Below, one piece after another: positions 1 to 9,115 of a stretch of DNA of 64,000 nucleotides. The notes beneath the pieces are model-generated. The model was given only the letters and a program-made list of their open reading frames with translations, ran no database searches and was not told the origin of the DNA. Each line of letters starts with the position of its first letter. Position 1 is the first letter of the stretch. A program made the translations under genes and the position numbers. Origin of the DNA: Picochlorum sp. SENEW3 (lineage: Eukaryota); assembly GCA_034226945.1 (NCBI GenBank), contig CP120453.1, positions 1,426,001-1,490,000 on the forward strand, read 5' to 3'.

Positions 1-18
1 AGTTGGCAAACTTTGTGA

Positions 19-1704
19 TTACATCATCTTTTTATGCATTTTATTTTTTTTTTTCTGATTATACCGATGTTCGACAGCAGGGTCTTGCAGTCGGCGGCCT
101 GAAATTCTGGATGTCATACACATTTCACACCACCGTTCTGTTCCACAATTCCGGAATGTACATGCTGGGCATTCCCATTCAGCCATTTCCCTGACGTCTT
201 TTACTGAGCGGCTCTTTTTTTCTACCTTCTTTGGTTCTTTCTCATCAGATTCTCGAAAGTAACTTTCTAGGCCCAACTGCCCTCTATCTCGCTGTAGCTC
301 TTCTTGGAAATTGCTCATCCTCAAGCCCATCAATCTGATTTCTGCAGGCAGCTCAGATCTCAGCAATTCCCTTCCGCGAGCAAAAATTTTCTCTTTCGTG
401 CAAATATATTCATCTAATGTTAGGCATCGAGTCTTTACCAAGAAATTAGACAGTTTAATTTTCAATGTGAGTGTCTTGCCACGCAAACTCTCTGCATCCA
501 TATCCTGCGCTAAAACCCCAGCAATATCGAGTAGTTTGGCCTCCAAAATATCAGCATTGTCTGTTGGCTTGAATGTCCTCTCACAAGAGATTCCTTTTCT
601 CCCGAGACTCCCTTCTTCGTGCTCCTTGTGAGTGTATGACGCTATACCAAGTGCAGACCGCATAAAGAATTCATATGATGTTTTTGAAAAGAGCAACGAA
701 ACTTTTGCTGCATTCTCAATAAGATCTCCACATGTCTCAATACCTAGTGATTTCTGCAGTAGTTTCTCAGTCACTCGGCCAATCCCTGGAATTTTCCTGC
801 AGGGAAGTTTCCTCATGAAATCCAGAATTGTCTCCCTGTTACTCTCCAAGATGTATTGGCCATCTGGTTTGTTCAAGTCTGAGCAGATTTTTGCCAACAT
901 CTTGTTCGGCGCTACCCCAACGCTGCATGTCAACCCCCCAGTAGCTTCACACACTGCCTCTCGGATTTCCGTGGCGCATGCCTCTGTGGACAAACCATGT
1001 ATACGTATGTAGTCTGTCACATCCATGGAGGCTTCATCCAGACTTTGTGCTTCAAAATCCGGATCAAATTTGGCAAATATACCGCGGGTGATCATACTAA
1101 ATCGTTTATATTGCTCAAACTTTGGCTTGACAAAACGAATATGGGGACAGAGGGATTCAGCTATAAAACCAGGCATTGCACTGCGAACTCCAAACTTTCG
1201 AGCAGTATACGATGCTGTACTGATCATAGACTTTGAACCGACAGCAAATGGAACACCCGCAAGACTTGGATCCAATATCTGCTCCACAGAAGCATAAAAT
1301 GCATCCATGTCGATATGGCACCACACCCGTGTGAGGTTCCTCAAACTCTCCAGGTACACAATGTCTTGTTCTTGTACAAGTACAGCTGCCTGAGACAACT
1401 GTTTCGCAGTCAGCCCACGCAATTTCTCCTTCATTCTCTCGATACGCTTTTCTGTGGCCACATTTTTTCTTGATTCATTCTCAAAATATGCCGAATCTTT
1501 AGACATCTCATAGACCACCTGCTTCACCTTCTCTTGGTCAACCTCTTCCATCCCAGCCTTTGCATTCGTATAGACAGTGTCATAGTCCACTGCATTGCTC
1601 CTGTGAGCATTTGTACTCGGCATGGGGTTGGTAGACACAGGATCCCTGCCGTCCTCCCTGCCAACCCGTTGCTGTTGTTTGAACAACTTGTGCTCAGCGG
1701 CCAT
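19..1704 (-). CDS. POLK: DNA polymerase kappa (Y-family, DinB type) with C-terminal RanBP2/NZF zinc finger
   Basis: Motifs HIDMDAFYASVE, STASYTARKFGVRSAMPG, SLDEA and NKMLAKICSDLNKPDGQ; Pol kappa N-clasp region KAGMEEVDQEKVKQVVYEMSK; first ATG at 1704. Confidence 0.95.
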   Translation of the reverse strand: MAAEHKLFKQQQRVGREDGRDPVSTNPMPSTNAHRSNAVDYDTVYTNAKAGMEEVDQEKVKQVVYEMSKDSAYFENESRKNVATEKRIERMKEKLRGLTAKQLSQAAVLVQEQDIVYLESLRNLTRVWCHIDMDAFYASVEQILDPSLAGVPFAVGSKSMISTASYTARKFGVRSAMPGFIAESLCPHIRFVKPKFEQYKRFSMITRGIFAKFDPDFEAQSLDEASMDVTDYIRIHGLSTEACATEIREAVCEATGGLTCSVGVAPNKMLAKICSDLNKPDGQYILESNRETILDFMRKLPCRKIPGIGRVTEKLLQKSLGIETCGDLIENAAKVSLLFSKTSYEFFMRSALGIASYTHKEHEEGSLGRKGISCERTFKPTDNADILEAKLLDIAGVLAQDMDAESLRGKTLTLKIKLSNFLVKTRCLTLDEYICTKEKIFARGRELLRSELPAEIRLMGLRMSNFQEELQRDRGQLGLESYFRESDEKEPKKVEKKSRSVKDVREMAEWECPACTFRNCGTERWCEMCMTSRISGRRLQDPAVEHRYNQKKKNKMHKKMM

Positions 1705-1975
1705 ATCTAAATACACTCCTCACATATTTATATTCATATTCGCATGCGACTTAATGGTTCTTTGAGGAGAAAAAAAAGGTTAGTAGTTTCTCAAAGAATG
1801 ACGACTACATCAAGGTGGTTGTTCATTTTCATCGACATGGCAGCAACTGTCGAATGCTTCAAGATGTTTTTTTATTCCGTAGTCAACCTATTCGAAATCA
1901 ATGCCCAGTACGTCATAAATCGCAATATAACTTCCGATCGAGTATTCCATGTACACCATCATACAAATATACAAA

Positions 1976-2920
1976 ATGGGTACGAATCCGAAACGAGTAT
2001 TATCCATCCAGAGCCATGTCGTTTCAGGGTGTGTTGGGAACAAATGTGCTGTGCTGCCGCTGAATAGGATGGGATTTGAGGTTGATGCGGTCAACAGTGT
2101 TCAATTTAGCAATCATACGGGGTATAGTCACTTCGAGGGACAGGTTATCGATGGAAAAGATCTTGGTAGTTTGATATCCGGCTTGGAGGTGAATGACTTG
2201 CTGTCAGGGTATAGCCACGTTCTTACTGGGTACATTGGGAGTGTGTCGATGCTGGAAAGCATTTCCAAGACTGTCAGGAAATTGAAAGAGTTGAATCCAG
2301 ATCTAATATATGTGTGTGACCCCGTGTGCGGTGATGACGGCAGATTGTACTGTCATTCTGATATTCCAGATGCATTTGCCAAGGTGTTGCTGCCCTTGGC
2401 AACCATTATTACACCAAACCAATTCGAAGCAGAGCTCTTGACAGGTACCAAAATTTTTAGTATAGAGGATGCAGTCCGTGTGTGCCGATTATTGCATGAC
2501 AAGGGACCTACCACGGTGATACTCAGCAGCCTGTCACTGCCAGAGGCAAAAGATACTATTTCCATCCTTGCCAGTGTCTCATCGACAAATACAAGCGATG
2601 TATTTATGATTGATGTTGAAAGGATTGATGGATACTTTACAGGAACAGGTGACTTATTCTCTGCGTTGCTGCTGGGCTACATTGATAGGTATCCGAACAA
2701 CTTTGGTCGGGCATTGGAAATTGCCGTGTCTGCATTGCAGGTAGTTCTGAAGGATACAGCTGAAAAGGCGGAGCAATATTTACAAGAGAATCCAACAATA
2801 AAAAAGGGATCTGCAGCATGGTGGCGGTGTCGAGAGCTGAGATTGGTAGAGAATCAAGATGCACTGCTGAATCCTCCCATTCCTGTCAACCAACGATGTC
2901 GACACATCGATACAATATGA
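1976..2920 (+). CDS. PDXK: Pyridoxal kinase
   Basis: RVLSIQSHVVSGCVGNK, VQFSNHTGY, CDPV, TPNQFEAELLTG, FTGTGDLF; ATG at 1976 chosen by family N-terminus. Confidence 0.95.
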   Translation: MGTNPKRVLSIQSHVVSGCVGNKCAVLPLNRMGFEVDAVNSVQFSNHTGYSHFEGQVIDGKDLGSLISGLEVNDLLSGYSHVLTGYIGSVSMLESISKTVRKLKELNPDLIYVCDPVCGDDGRLYCHSDIPDAFAKVLLPLATIITPNQFEAELLTGTKIFSIEDAVRVCRLLHDKGPTTVILSSLSLPEAKDTISILASVSSTNTSDVFMIDVERIDGYFTGTGDLFSALLLGYIDRYPNNFGRALEIAVSALQVVLKDTAEKAEQYLQENPTIKKGSAAWWRCRELRLVENQDALLNPPIPVNQRCRHIDTI

Positions 2921-2922
2921 TA

Positions 2923-4486
2923 TCATGTAACAAGATCTGAAAACTTTTGCAGGGTAGGTATAATGAAATTTCCTGTGAACCGCCCCAGGTGTCCCTTGGT
3001 GGACTCTATCTCATCAAAGCATGTAACTGGATCAACAAGCCTATGTGGAATAGAATCAACCATGTTTCTTTCAACACAGCTTTTCCATGACAAATATGAA
3101 TCATCTTTGGATGATACGATCATCTCAGGTTTTGGCAACGGGCCGAGTGGGATCGTACTGACAATGTCAGGGCCACCAAGCACCTCTACTGCTCTGTTCA
3201 CAGTACTCACTGCAAAAGGAACAGGTTCGTGAGAATGGTCACCAAACTCCACTGGAGTCGAATGATCACCAGTAATACCAATCACAACATCCTTTCCAGC
3301 CTCATACAGCATGCGAATCAACTGACCCACCATGGCATCCACAACATCGATACATGCCATCTTCAGGTTGGTGTTTCCATCATGCCCAGCATCATCCACC
3401 GCCTTGACATGAAGAAACCCAAACTCAAACCCTTTCATACACATCGCATCTACCATAACCTGTGCTTTTTTACTAAAATCAGATCTATAATCTCCCGTCG
3501 CTCCTGGAGCATCAAGCACAGTCATGCCAACACTCATACCCACACCAGCAATAATCTTTGTTGGAGCCACCATACATGAGCTTGCAAATCCATGTTTTGT
3601 ATTAAAATCATCGAGAGACAATCTACAGCCACATCCCCGCAAGAGGACAACATTCGCCGCATCTTTCCCTTGCGTTCTCCTCTCTTCATTAATTGGATGC
3701 TCCCGCAGTTTGGACCGTATCCAATCTGATGCTGCATTCACCACCTCTGCTGTATGCACAGCAGCAGCATCGTCTTGATCTAACGCAGATGCTTTCTCTA
3801 ATAATAAATTATCCTTCAAAGGATCAGTTCCTTGGATGGCATCTGTCAATCCAGGACCTCGAATCACCACACCACACCGATGCTCTGTTGCATACTTGAC
3901 AAACATGGTATACTCACCGTCGAATCCAGGAATCTTTGTCCCATTCAAATCCCCACATAACAATGGACCTTCTCGCTCGAAGTTCCTATCTGCCCGCCTT
4001 TTGACCACCACACCAGTCTCCTCATCGATAACTGCAAAATTGCTCTTGAACGCAATATCCCCAGGAAGCATCTCCATCCCAGCCCCCATACTCTCAAACG
4101 CACCCCTACCTCTATAATACACTCTAGGATCGTATCCAAACAATGACATGTGAGCCGTATCACTGCCACATGCCAAGCCAGGCTCCACTGGGTCCATCAG
4201 TCCATTCACTCCTGACCCTGCATGCATTCACATTATGACAATGACCCACAGAGCACAATACACACCCTCATATAACCCATATACAAAACGCACGTGCTAT
4301 ACTGTCCAGAAAAGGTGTCGACGTTGACTGTAATGGGGTAGAATATGAAACTGAAGGGTCGCCGTGGTCAAGGCAGTCTCCCTCCAGCCCACCAGAGTGT
4401 CTCGAGTATTGCAAGGGAATGGAGACATCGCCCACCCCGTCGATGAGAACAAAAAGAATGGGTCTCTTTTCCTCCTCCTGTGTCAT
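2923..4486 (-). CDS. Cofactor-independent phosphoglycerate mutase, archaeal ApgM type; 2 exons (intron 4218-4293)
   Basis: VLIDGVGD, GLACGSDTAHMSLFGYDP, GRGAFE, HVKAVDDAGHD, TGDHSTP; GTGCGT..TGCAG intron joins the frames as IARSGVNG. Confidence 0.9.
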
Positions 4487-4752
4487 CTCATGCAATTGAT
4501 CCAATTGGAAATGGCAGAGAAACGTGATTGTACGTTTCTTTGTAGAGCGGAATCGCCTTCAACAGAGATTGATGAAAGCCTTCGGTCAAATGATTTCAAC
4601 GATGGGTGGTATCATAGTATTGGATGGATGTGGGTTCCGTGTCATCCTTGGGACAGGCATGTACAATATATTTCCATCCTTTGCATAGAAATCATAAAGA
4701 ATTTACTATATTAAGTATCTCGCGAATGAATTAACGAGGGAATAGGCAAAAC

Positions 4753-5412
4753 ATGGCATATATGGCGTCAATCTCTGTATCAGTGTCTCGTCGTCCACAA
4801 ATTGGACCACAGACCGTAAGTCTGTCAAGCTGTAATCGAGCTTTGGGAACCAAAGCATTGATTTCAATGCGTAAAACTTCAACAATTGGAGTCGCCAAGG
4901 CTGAAAGGACTGGTGTGGTGTCTCGAGCGAGTCAGGATGATGTGGCACAGTTGAAGAAGGTTCCAGAGCCACAAACACGCTTATGTGTGGACCAAGAGGA
5001 AGGGTCGAAGGATTTTAAACGAATGGTTTCTGCTGGTCTGCTCGCAACTCTGATTATGGCGGGGACTGCATTGGCGCATCCTGAGGAAGCGTATGCTGCC
5101 AGAAGTGGAGGGCGAGTTGGTGGTAGCTCATTTTCGAGACGTGCTCCGCCTCCGAGGGCGGCGCCTCGTGGATCTGTACGTAATTATAATTATTACAGCG
5201 CTCCGCCGTTGGTGTCTCCATATGGATTTGGAATGCCATTCTTTGGAGGGGGGATGTATGCCCCGTTCCCTCTGTTTGGTTTGGGAAGCATCTTCAACAT
5301 TATCATCCTGATGTTCATGGTGAATGTTGTGTTCAACGTTGTGACGGCATTTACAAACTCCAAAGGGGGTAAGGGACGCGATGACAGCTGGGACGATGAT
5401 GATCGATGGTAA
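4753..5412 (+). CDS. Putative plastid-targeted membrane protein with ARSGGRVGGSSF motif (DUF1517 N-terminus-like)
   Basis: Ser/Arg-rich transit-like N-terminus, hydrophobic segment ending A-x-A, GGRVGGSSF, Gly/Pro-rich stretch, one TM helix. Confidence 0.7.
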   Translation: MAYMASISVSVSRRPQIGPQTVSLSSCNRALGTKALISMRKTSTIGVAKAERTGVVSRASQDDVAQLKKVPEPQTRLCVDQEEGSKDFKRMVSAGLLATLIMAGTALAHPEEAYAARSGGRVGGSSFSRRAPPPRAAPRGSVRNYNYYSAPPLVSPYGFGMPFFGGGMYAPFPLFGLGSIFNIIILMFMVNVVFNVVTAFTNSKGGKGRDDSWDDDDRW

Positions 5413-5570
5413 AGTACTGTGTTCCGAGCAAAGAACCTGTACAACCAAACGCATGTGGTCCAGTATTCTCAGAGACGAGCGGGACCGCAGAGAACAGAAT
5501 GAATATGTGACGCATGAATTAATATTATTATTATTATAGTACTATGGAGAGATCATGTAAATTGAACAAT

Positions 5571-7397
5571 TCATGAATGTGCATCTAGGCCAGAGCCAAA
5601 TGTCCATCGCTCCAAAGCACGAAGAGCAATAAACCGTTGTTTTGGATCTGTCACTCGCGCTTCAATCGCTTCCTTGAGATTCTTTTTTGTCGCTGTTGAT
5701 GATAACCATGTGTATAGGACAAGAGCTATATAATGTGTAATGAAATCGGTCAGCGCTGGGAGGCCTACAGTTTGCATAATGACTGGGACAAACAAAGGGG
5801 AACTCTTCATTTGGCTAAGAAGAGTTTCTGTCAAAGGTCTTGCCTGAATCACATCCTGCAGGAATGGCTTTAAAATTGCGTCGCCCTTTTGATCCATGAT
5901 TTTGAAATTCATCCCCAATAAGCGATTGATGAAGTTCACATTGTAGCGGGATGCACCAGCTGGAATTGACATGGCCTTTTGAAACATCCATGCAACGCTC
6001 AGCGAAGGATTGTATGCGTTTATGTACCTGAGGCTCCATTTATCGAGACATTCGTATCGAATGGCGTCCTCTATCGCATTTGTAAGTCGGCCGAGGTGTC
6101 TGGTCAGAGCTGCAAAGCCTCCAAATGACAATGGGCTCTGAATCCCTGATGCATCCCCAATGGCAAGTATTCTGTCAAATGATGGTTGTAGTGGAGAGTC
6201 TCTATACGTCGGAAACAATCCAAATAAAATTCTTTGTACTTGTATATCATCTAGGGTCGAAATACCTTGGTATTTGGGCATTTCTCTCCAATAATGCTCC
6301 ATCATGTCCAGGAATGAGGGACGATCAGCTTCTGCATCCATGTATGAAAACATGTATGTTGTTCTATCAGTTGGGCCGCTTCCTGCAGGAAATGCCTCCC
6401 AAAACATTTGTGTATTCCTACATCCAGTGTGTTCTGTATCCGGAGACTCTGATGGGGAGATGGTTCGAATGATATCACCATGGGAATTGTCAGTAAATCC
6501 TCTTCCACAGGACCCTACAACAAGACAGACACCATCAGGTTTCTGGCCATGCCGGACCTGTCGAACAATTGGACTCTGGTTTCCCATACAATCTATGAAT
6601 AATTTACTCGCGAGAGCCAAGGTCTTTTCCTGCGATTGATTTCTCACTCTGGCTTGAACCCCGTTTGGATGCACCCATATCTTTTCCAGAGCGGCAGATT
6701 CCACAACGAGCCCACCTGCATTTTCATAATTCTCGCGTACATGATCTATCAACGTCTTAGGGCTTACACCAAGATTCAGAACATCGCGTGTGACAATATC
6801 CTCGCTCCCATGGAATCCAGCCTTGATTGGATTGAACTCAATGGTGATGGAATCATCAGCCTGTTCTTTTGACACAACCCCTGCATCGACCAATGCATAC
6901 AATTCCTCCCTGGATATATTCCAGTCCTGATCTCTCCCTCGTAACGCCCCTCGCTCAATAATTGCCGTTCTCAGTCCACGTGCCTGAAGTGCCATGGCCA
7001 AAAAGACACCCAATGTTCCTCCTCCAACAATGACATCCAACCCTGGAACCGCAGGAAGGGCATCCTTTGTCACCTTGACTGTCTTTGGAGGCAATCCATA
7101 GACGGTTCGATTCCTCAAATCGCTCCAAGCTGCGTCCAATCTCTGAAAACTCTGCAGTGTTGTTGCACCACCAGCTCCACCACTGGTGCCACGATCGGCC
7201 GATGAAGCGGCATCCATGCGCTCAAACATTTTCTCAGTCAATGTTCCTGCAATCTGGTTTACTGCATTGTGTCCAGAATTGATATGAGCAGAGGCGACTA
7301 TTTTCTTCCCAACACTCCTCCTGGTTGTTGGAATAGTAGTTCCACGACGGAGGAATTGACTCCTTTGTCCCATGCCTCGATGTGAGGCCAATTCCAT
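5571..7397 (-). CDS. cruP: CruA/CruP-family FAD-dependent lycopene cyclase-like protein, plastid
   Basis: GGGTLG FAD-binding motif, QDWNISREEL, IGDASGIQSPLSFGGF; transit-peptide-like N-terminus. Confidence 0.85.
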   Translation of the reverse strand: MELASHRGMGQRSQFLRRGTTIPTTRRSVGKKIVASAHINSGHNAVNQIAGTLTEKMFERMDAASSADRGTSGGAGGATTLQSFQRLDAAWSDLRNRTVYGLPPKTVKVTKDALPAVPGLDVIVGGGTLGVFLAMALQARGLRTAIIERGALRGRDQDWNISREELYALVDAGVVSKEQADDSITIEFNPIKAGFHGSEDIVTRDVLNLGVSPKTLIDHVRENYENAGGLVVESAALEKIWVHPNGVQARVRNQSQEKTLALASKLFIDCMGNQSPIVRQVRHGQKPDGVCLVVGSCGRGFTDNSHGDIIRTISPSESPDTEHTGCRNTQMFWEAFPAGSGPTDRTTYMFSYMDAEADRPSFLDMMEHYWREMPKYQGISTLDDIQVQRILFGLFPTYRDSPLQPSFDRILAIGDASGIQSPLSFGGFAALTRHLGRLTNAIEDAIRYECLDKWSLRYINAYNPSLSVAWMFQKAMSIPAGASRYNVNFINRLLGMNFKIMDQKGDAILKPFLQDVIQARPLTETLLSQMKSSPLFVPVIMQTVGLPALTDFITHYIALVLYTWLSSTATKKNLKEAIEARVTDPKQRFIALRALERWTFGSGLDAHS

Positions 7398-7595
7398 CTT
7401 GATGTATCTACATACATTAAATTTAAGGAGGTGCTAGATGGCCACCAGTGTTGTGCTGGTTCTGTTTTTGAAATACGCCCGTCAAGGAATTTGAGAATTT
7501 TTAAAAACCCATCATCGGCTCATGATGCTTCTTGATGAGGACAGAACTCCGCATTAGTTAGTATTCCTTAACATTAAAGAGAGTGTTGAATTGAA

Positions 7596-7994
7596 ATGCT
7601 GCTTCGTGTCTGTCGACAAATAGCCCAGGCTGGTGGTCTAGGACCCACTCTGGTACCCACAACTACAGCTGTTGTTTGTCCTCGTATGTTCCAGATCCGC
7701 AACAGTAGTAGTGCGGCAGATATAGAAAAGTCCCTAGAAAATATTAATGGGTTATTTGTGGAAGCTCGAGACGAGATTGAGTATGCGAACGAGGATTTGG
7801 AGACTGTGTACTTCAACGAGTCTTTCAAAGAAGCCAAGGAACGAGTGCACTCATGCCTTGACGCATATAAGGAGCTGCTGGACTCGTTTGGTGATGATGA
7901 GCAAGGTAGGGGTAAGATTGAGAGGAGCATGGGCATGAAGATGGAGCAGCTCAAGGCAGAATTAGACCTCTTGGACAAGCATTTGTTAGAGTAG
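7596..7994 (+). CDS. Small conserved coiled-coil protein, probably mitochondrial (plant embryogenesis-like protein family)
   Basis: Presequence-like N-terminus; FVEARDEIE..VYFNE..RSMGMKMEQLKAEL resembles the plant family. Confidence 0.7.
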   Translation: MLLRVCRQIAQAGGLGPTLVPTTTAVVCPRMFQIRNSSSAADIEKSLENINGLFVEARDEIEYANEDLETVYFNESFKEAKERVHSCLDAYKELLDSFGDDEQGRGKIERSMGMKMEQLKAELDLLDKHLLE

Positions 7995-8017
7995 TAGAAC
8001 ATAAACAGTAGTAGCAT

Positions 8018-8803
8018 TTATTGAAATCTCTCCTGATATCGCTCGATGTGATATTTAATGCGCTCTAGATGCTCTCGTACTTGCGTGTACATGTTGTATA
8101 ATGAAGTCTTCTGAGATTCTTCCTGTGCAGTCTGCATCATCCGCAGCTGCTGGTGAATTCGGAATGCAGTGGCATATTTCTCCTCGTATTCTGCACAGTA
8201 CAAGGCATACTCCTCTTCTGTTTCTATATCCTGACTCCATCCACCTCGCTCTCCGAATCCAGTAACAAGGCCATCCATGGACGGCTCTTCCTGAGAAGGA
8301 TGAGCAATGTGGCTCATAGCAGGGTCACGATGATATTCTTCACGTAGCACGTACATCCCCGGTGGTTTATATACACATATCTGCTTCAACAATACTGACA
8401 GTTCTTCTTGATTCACGTATCGCACTCTCTCCTGCTTTGCACACGAGCCTCGGCATCCAACCACTGACACACCCTTGGTTTCCAAAAGTTTCTTCTTCAG
8501 CTGGGTCATACCACACGGCTTCGCGGACAGTATTGATATCACACATGACTTTAAAGACATTTTTTTATTCTCAGAACCGCGGTACTGCTCCCTATTGCGG
8601 CTAGAGTCTCGCTGCAGCGGTGATGAAAATGCATGTTTAAGATTCTCACTTGTCGTCGTACTCGCTGTTTCTTGTGATACAGTGCTAGCTAATCGACATG
8701 ATTCTTCATTTAATCGCTCTGTTGTGCAGGGAACAGAGCATTCTGTTCTATCGGTGACAACAGTGGAATTCCTCTTCTCATGAGCAAGGTCGTTTGTCTG
8801 CAT
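8018..8803 (-). CDS. Occludin/ELL C-terminal domain protein; possible upstream exon (intron 8843-8976)
   Basis: C-terminal IETEEEYALYCAEYEEKY..IHQQL..LERIKYHIERY pattern; central winged-helix-like segment (LKQICVYKPPGMYVLR). Confidence 0.6.
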   Translation of the reverse strand: MQTNDLAHEKRNSTVVTDRTECSVPCTTERLNEESCRLASTVSQETASTTTSENLKHAFSSPLQRDSSRNREQYRGSENKKMSLKSCVISILSAKPCGMTQLKKKLLETKGVSVVGCRGSCAKQERVRYVNQEELSVLLKQICVYKPPGMYVLREEYHRDPAMSHIAHPSQEEPSMDGLVTGFGERGGWSQDIETEEEYALYCAEYEEKYATAFRIHQQLRMMQTAQEESQKTSLYNMYTQVREHLERIKYHIERYQERFQ

Positions 8804-9115
8804 TGCAATGATGGCCCCGTTAAATTTGGGGTCTATAGCTGTCTAGAGAAATAAATAAAACAGAGTTGTATATAAATAAACGCTATGGGGTATTACACAT
8901 GTGGTGACCCAATTAAAAATTAAAAAAACATGTTCAACGACGAGCAGACGGTGGGGGAGATGTGCTCATCACTTACAGAAAGGATGGTGGCCTCCTTAAA
9001 TCCCAAAATTCTCTGAGGGGCGTATTTTATTATTTCGACGACGCCATCGAAAAGAGGGTAAGAAAATATGCCTATCAGAAGAGAAATGAGGAAATTTGGT
9101 GCGATATTCGAAAAG

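Noticed and set aside
2923..4486. Archaeal-type phosphoglycerate mutase as recent horizontal transfer
   Set aside because: Family is known in plants and algae, and the gene has a normal intron
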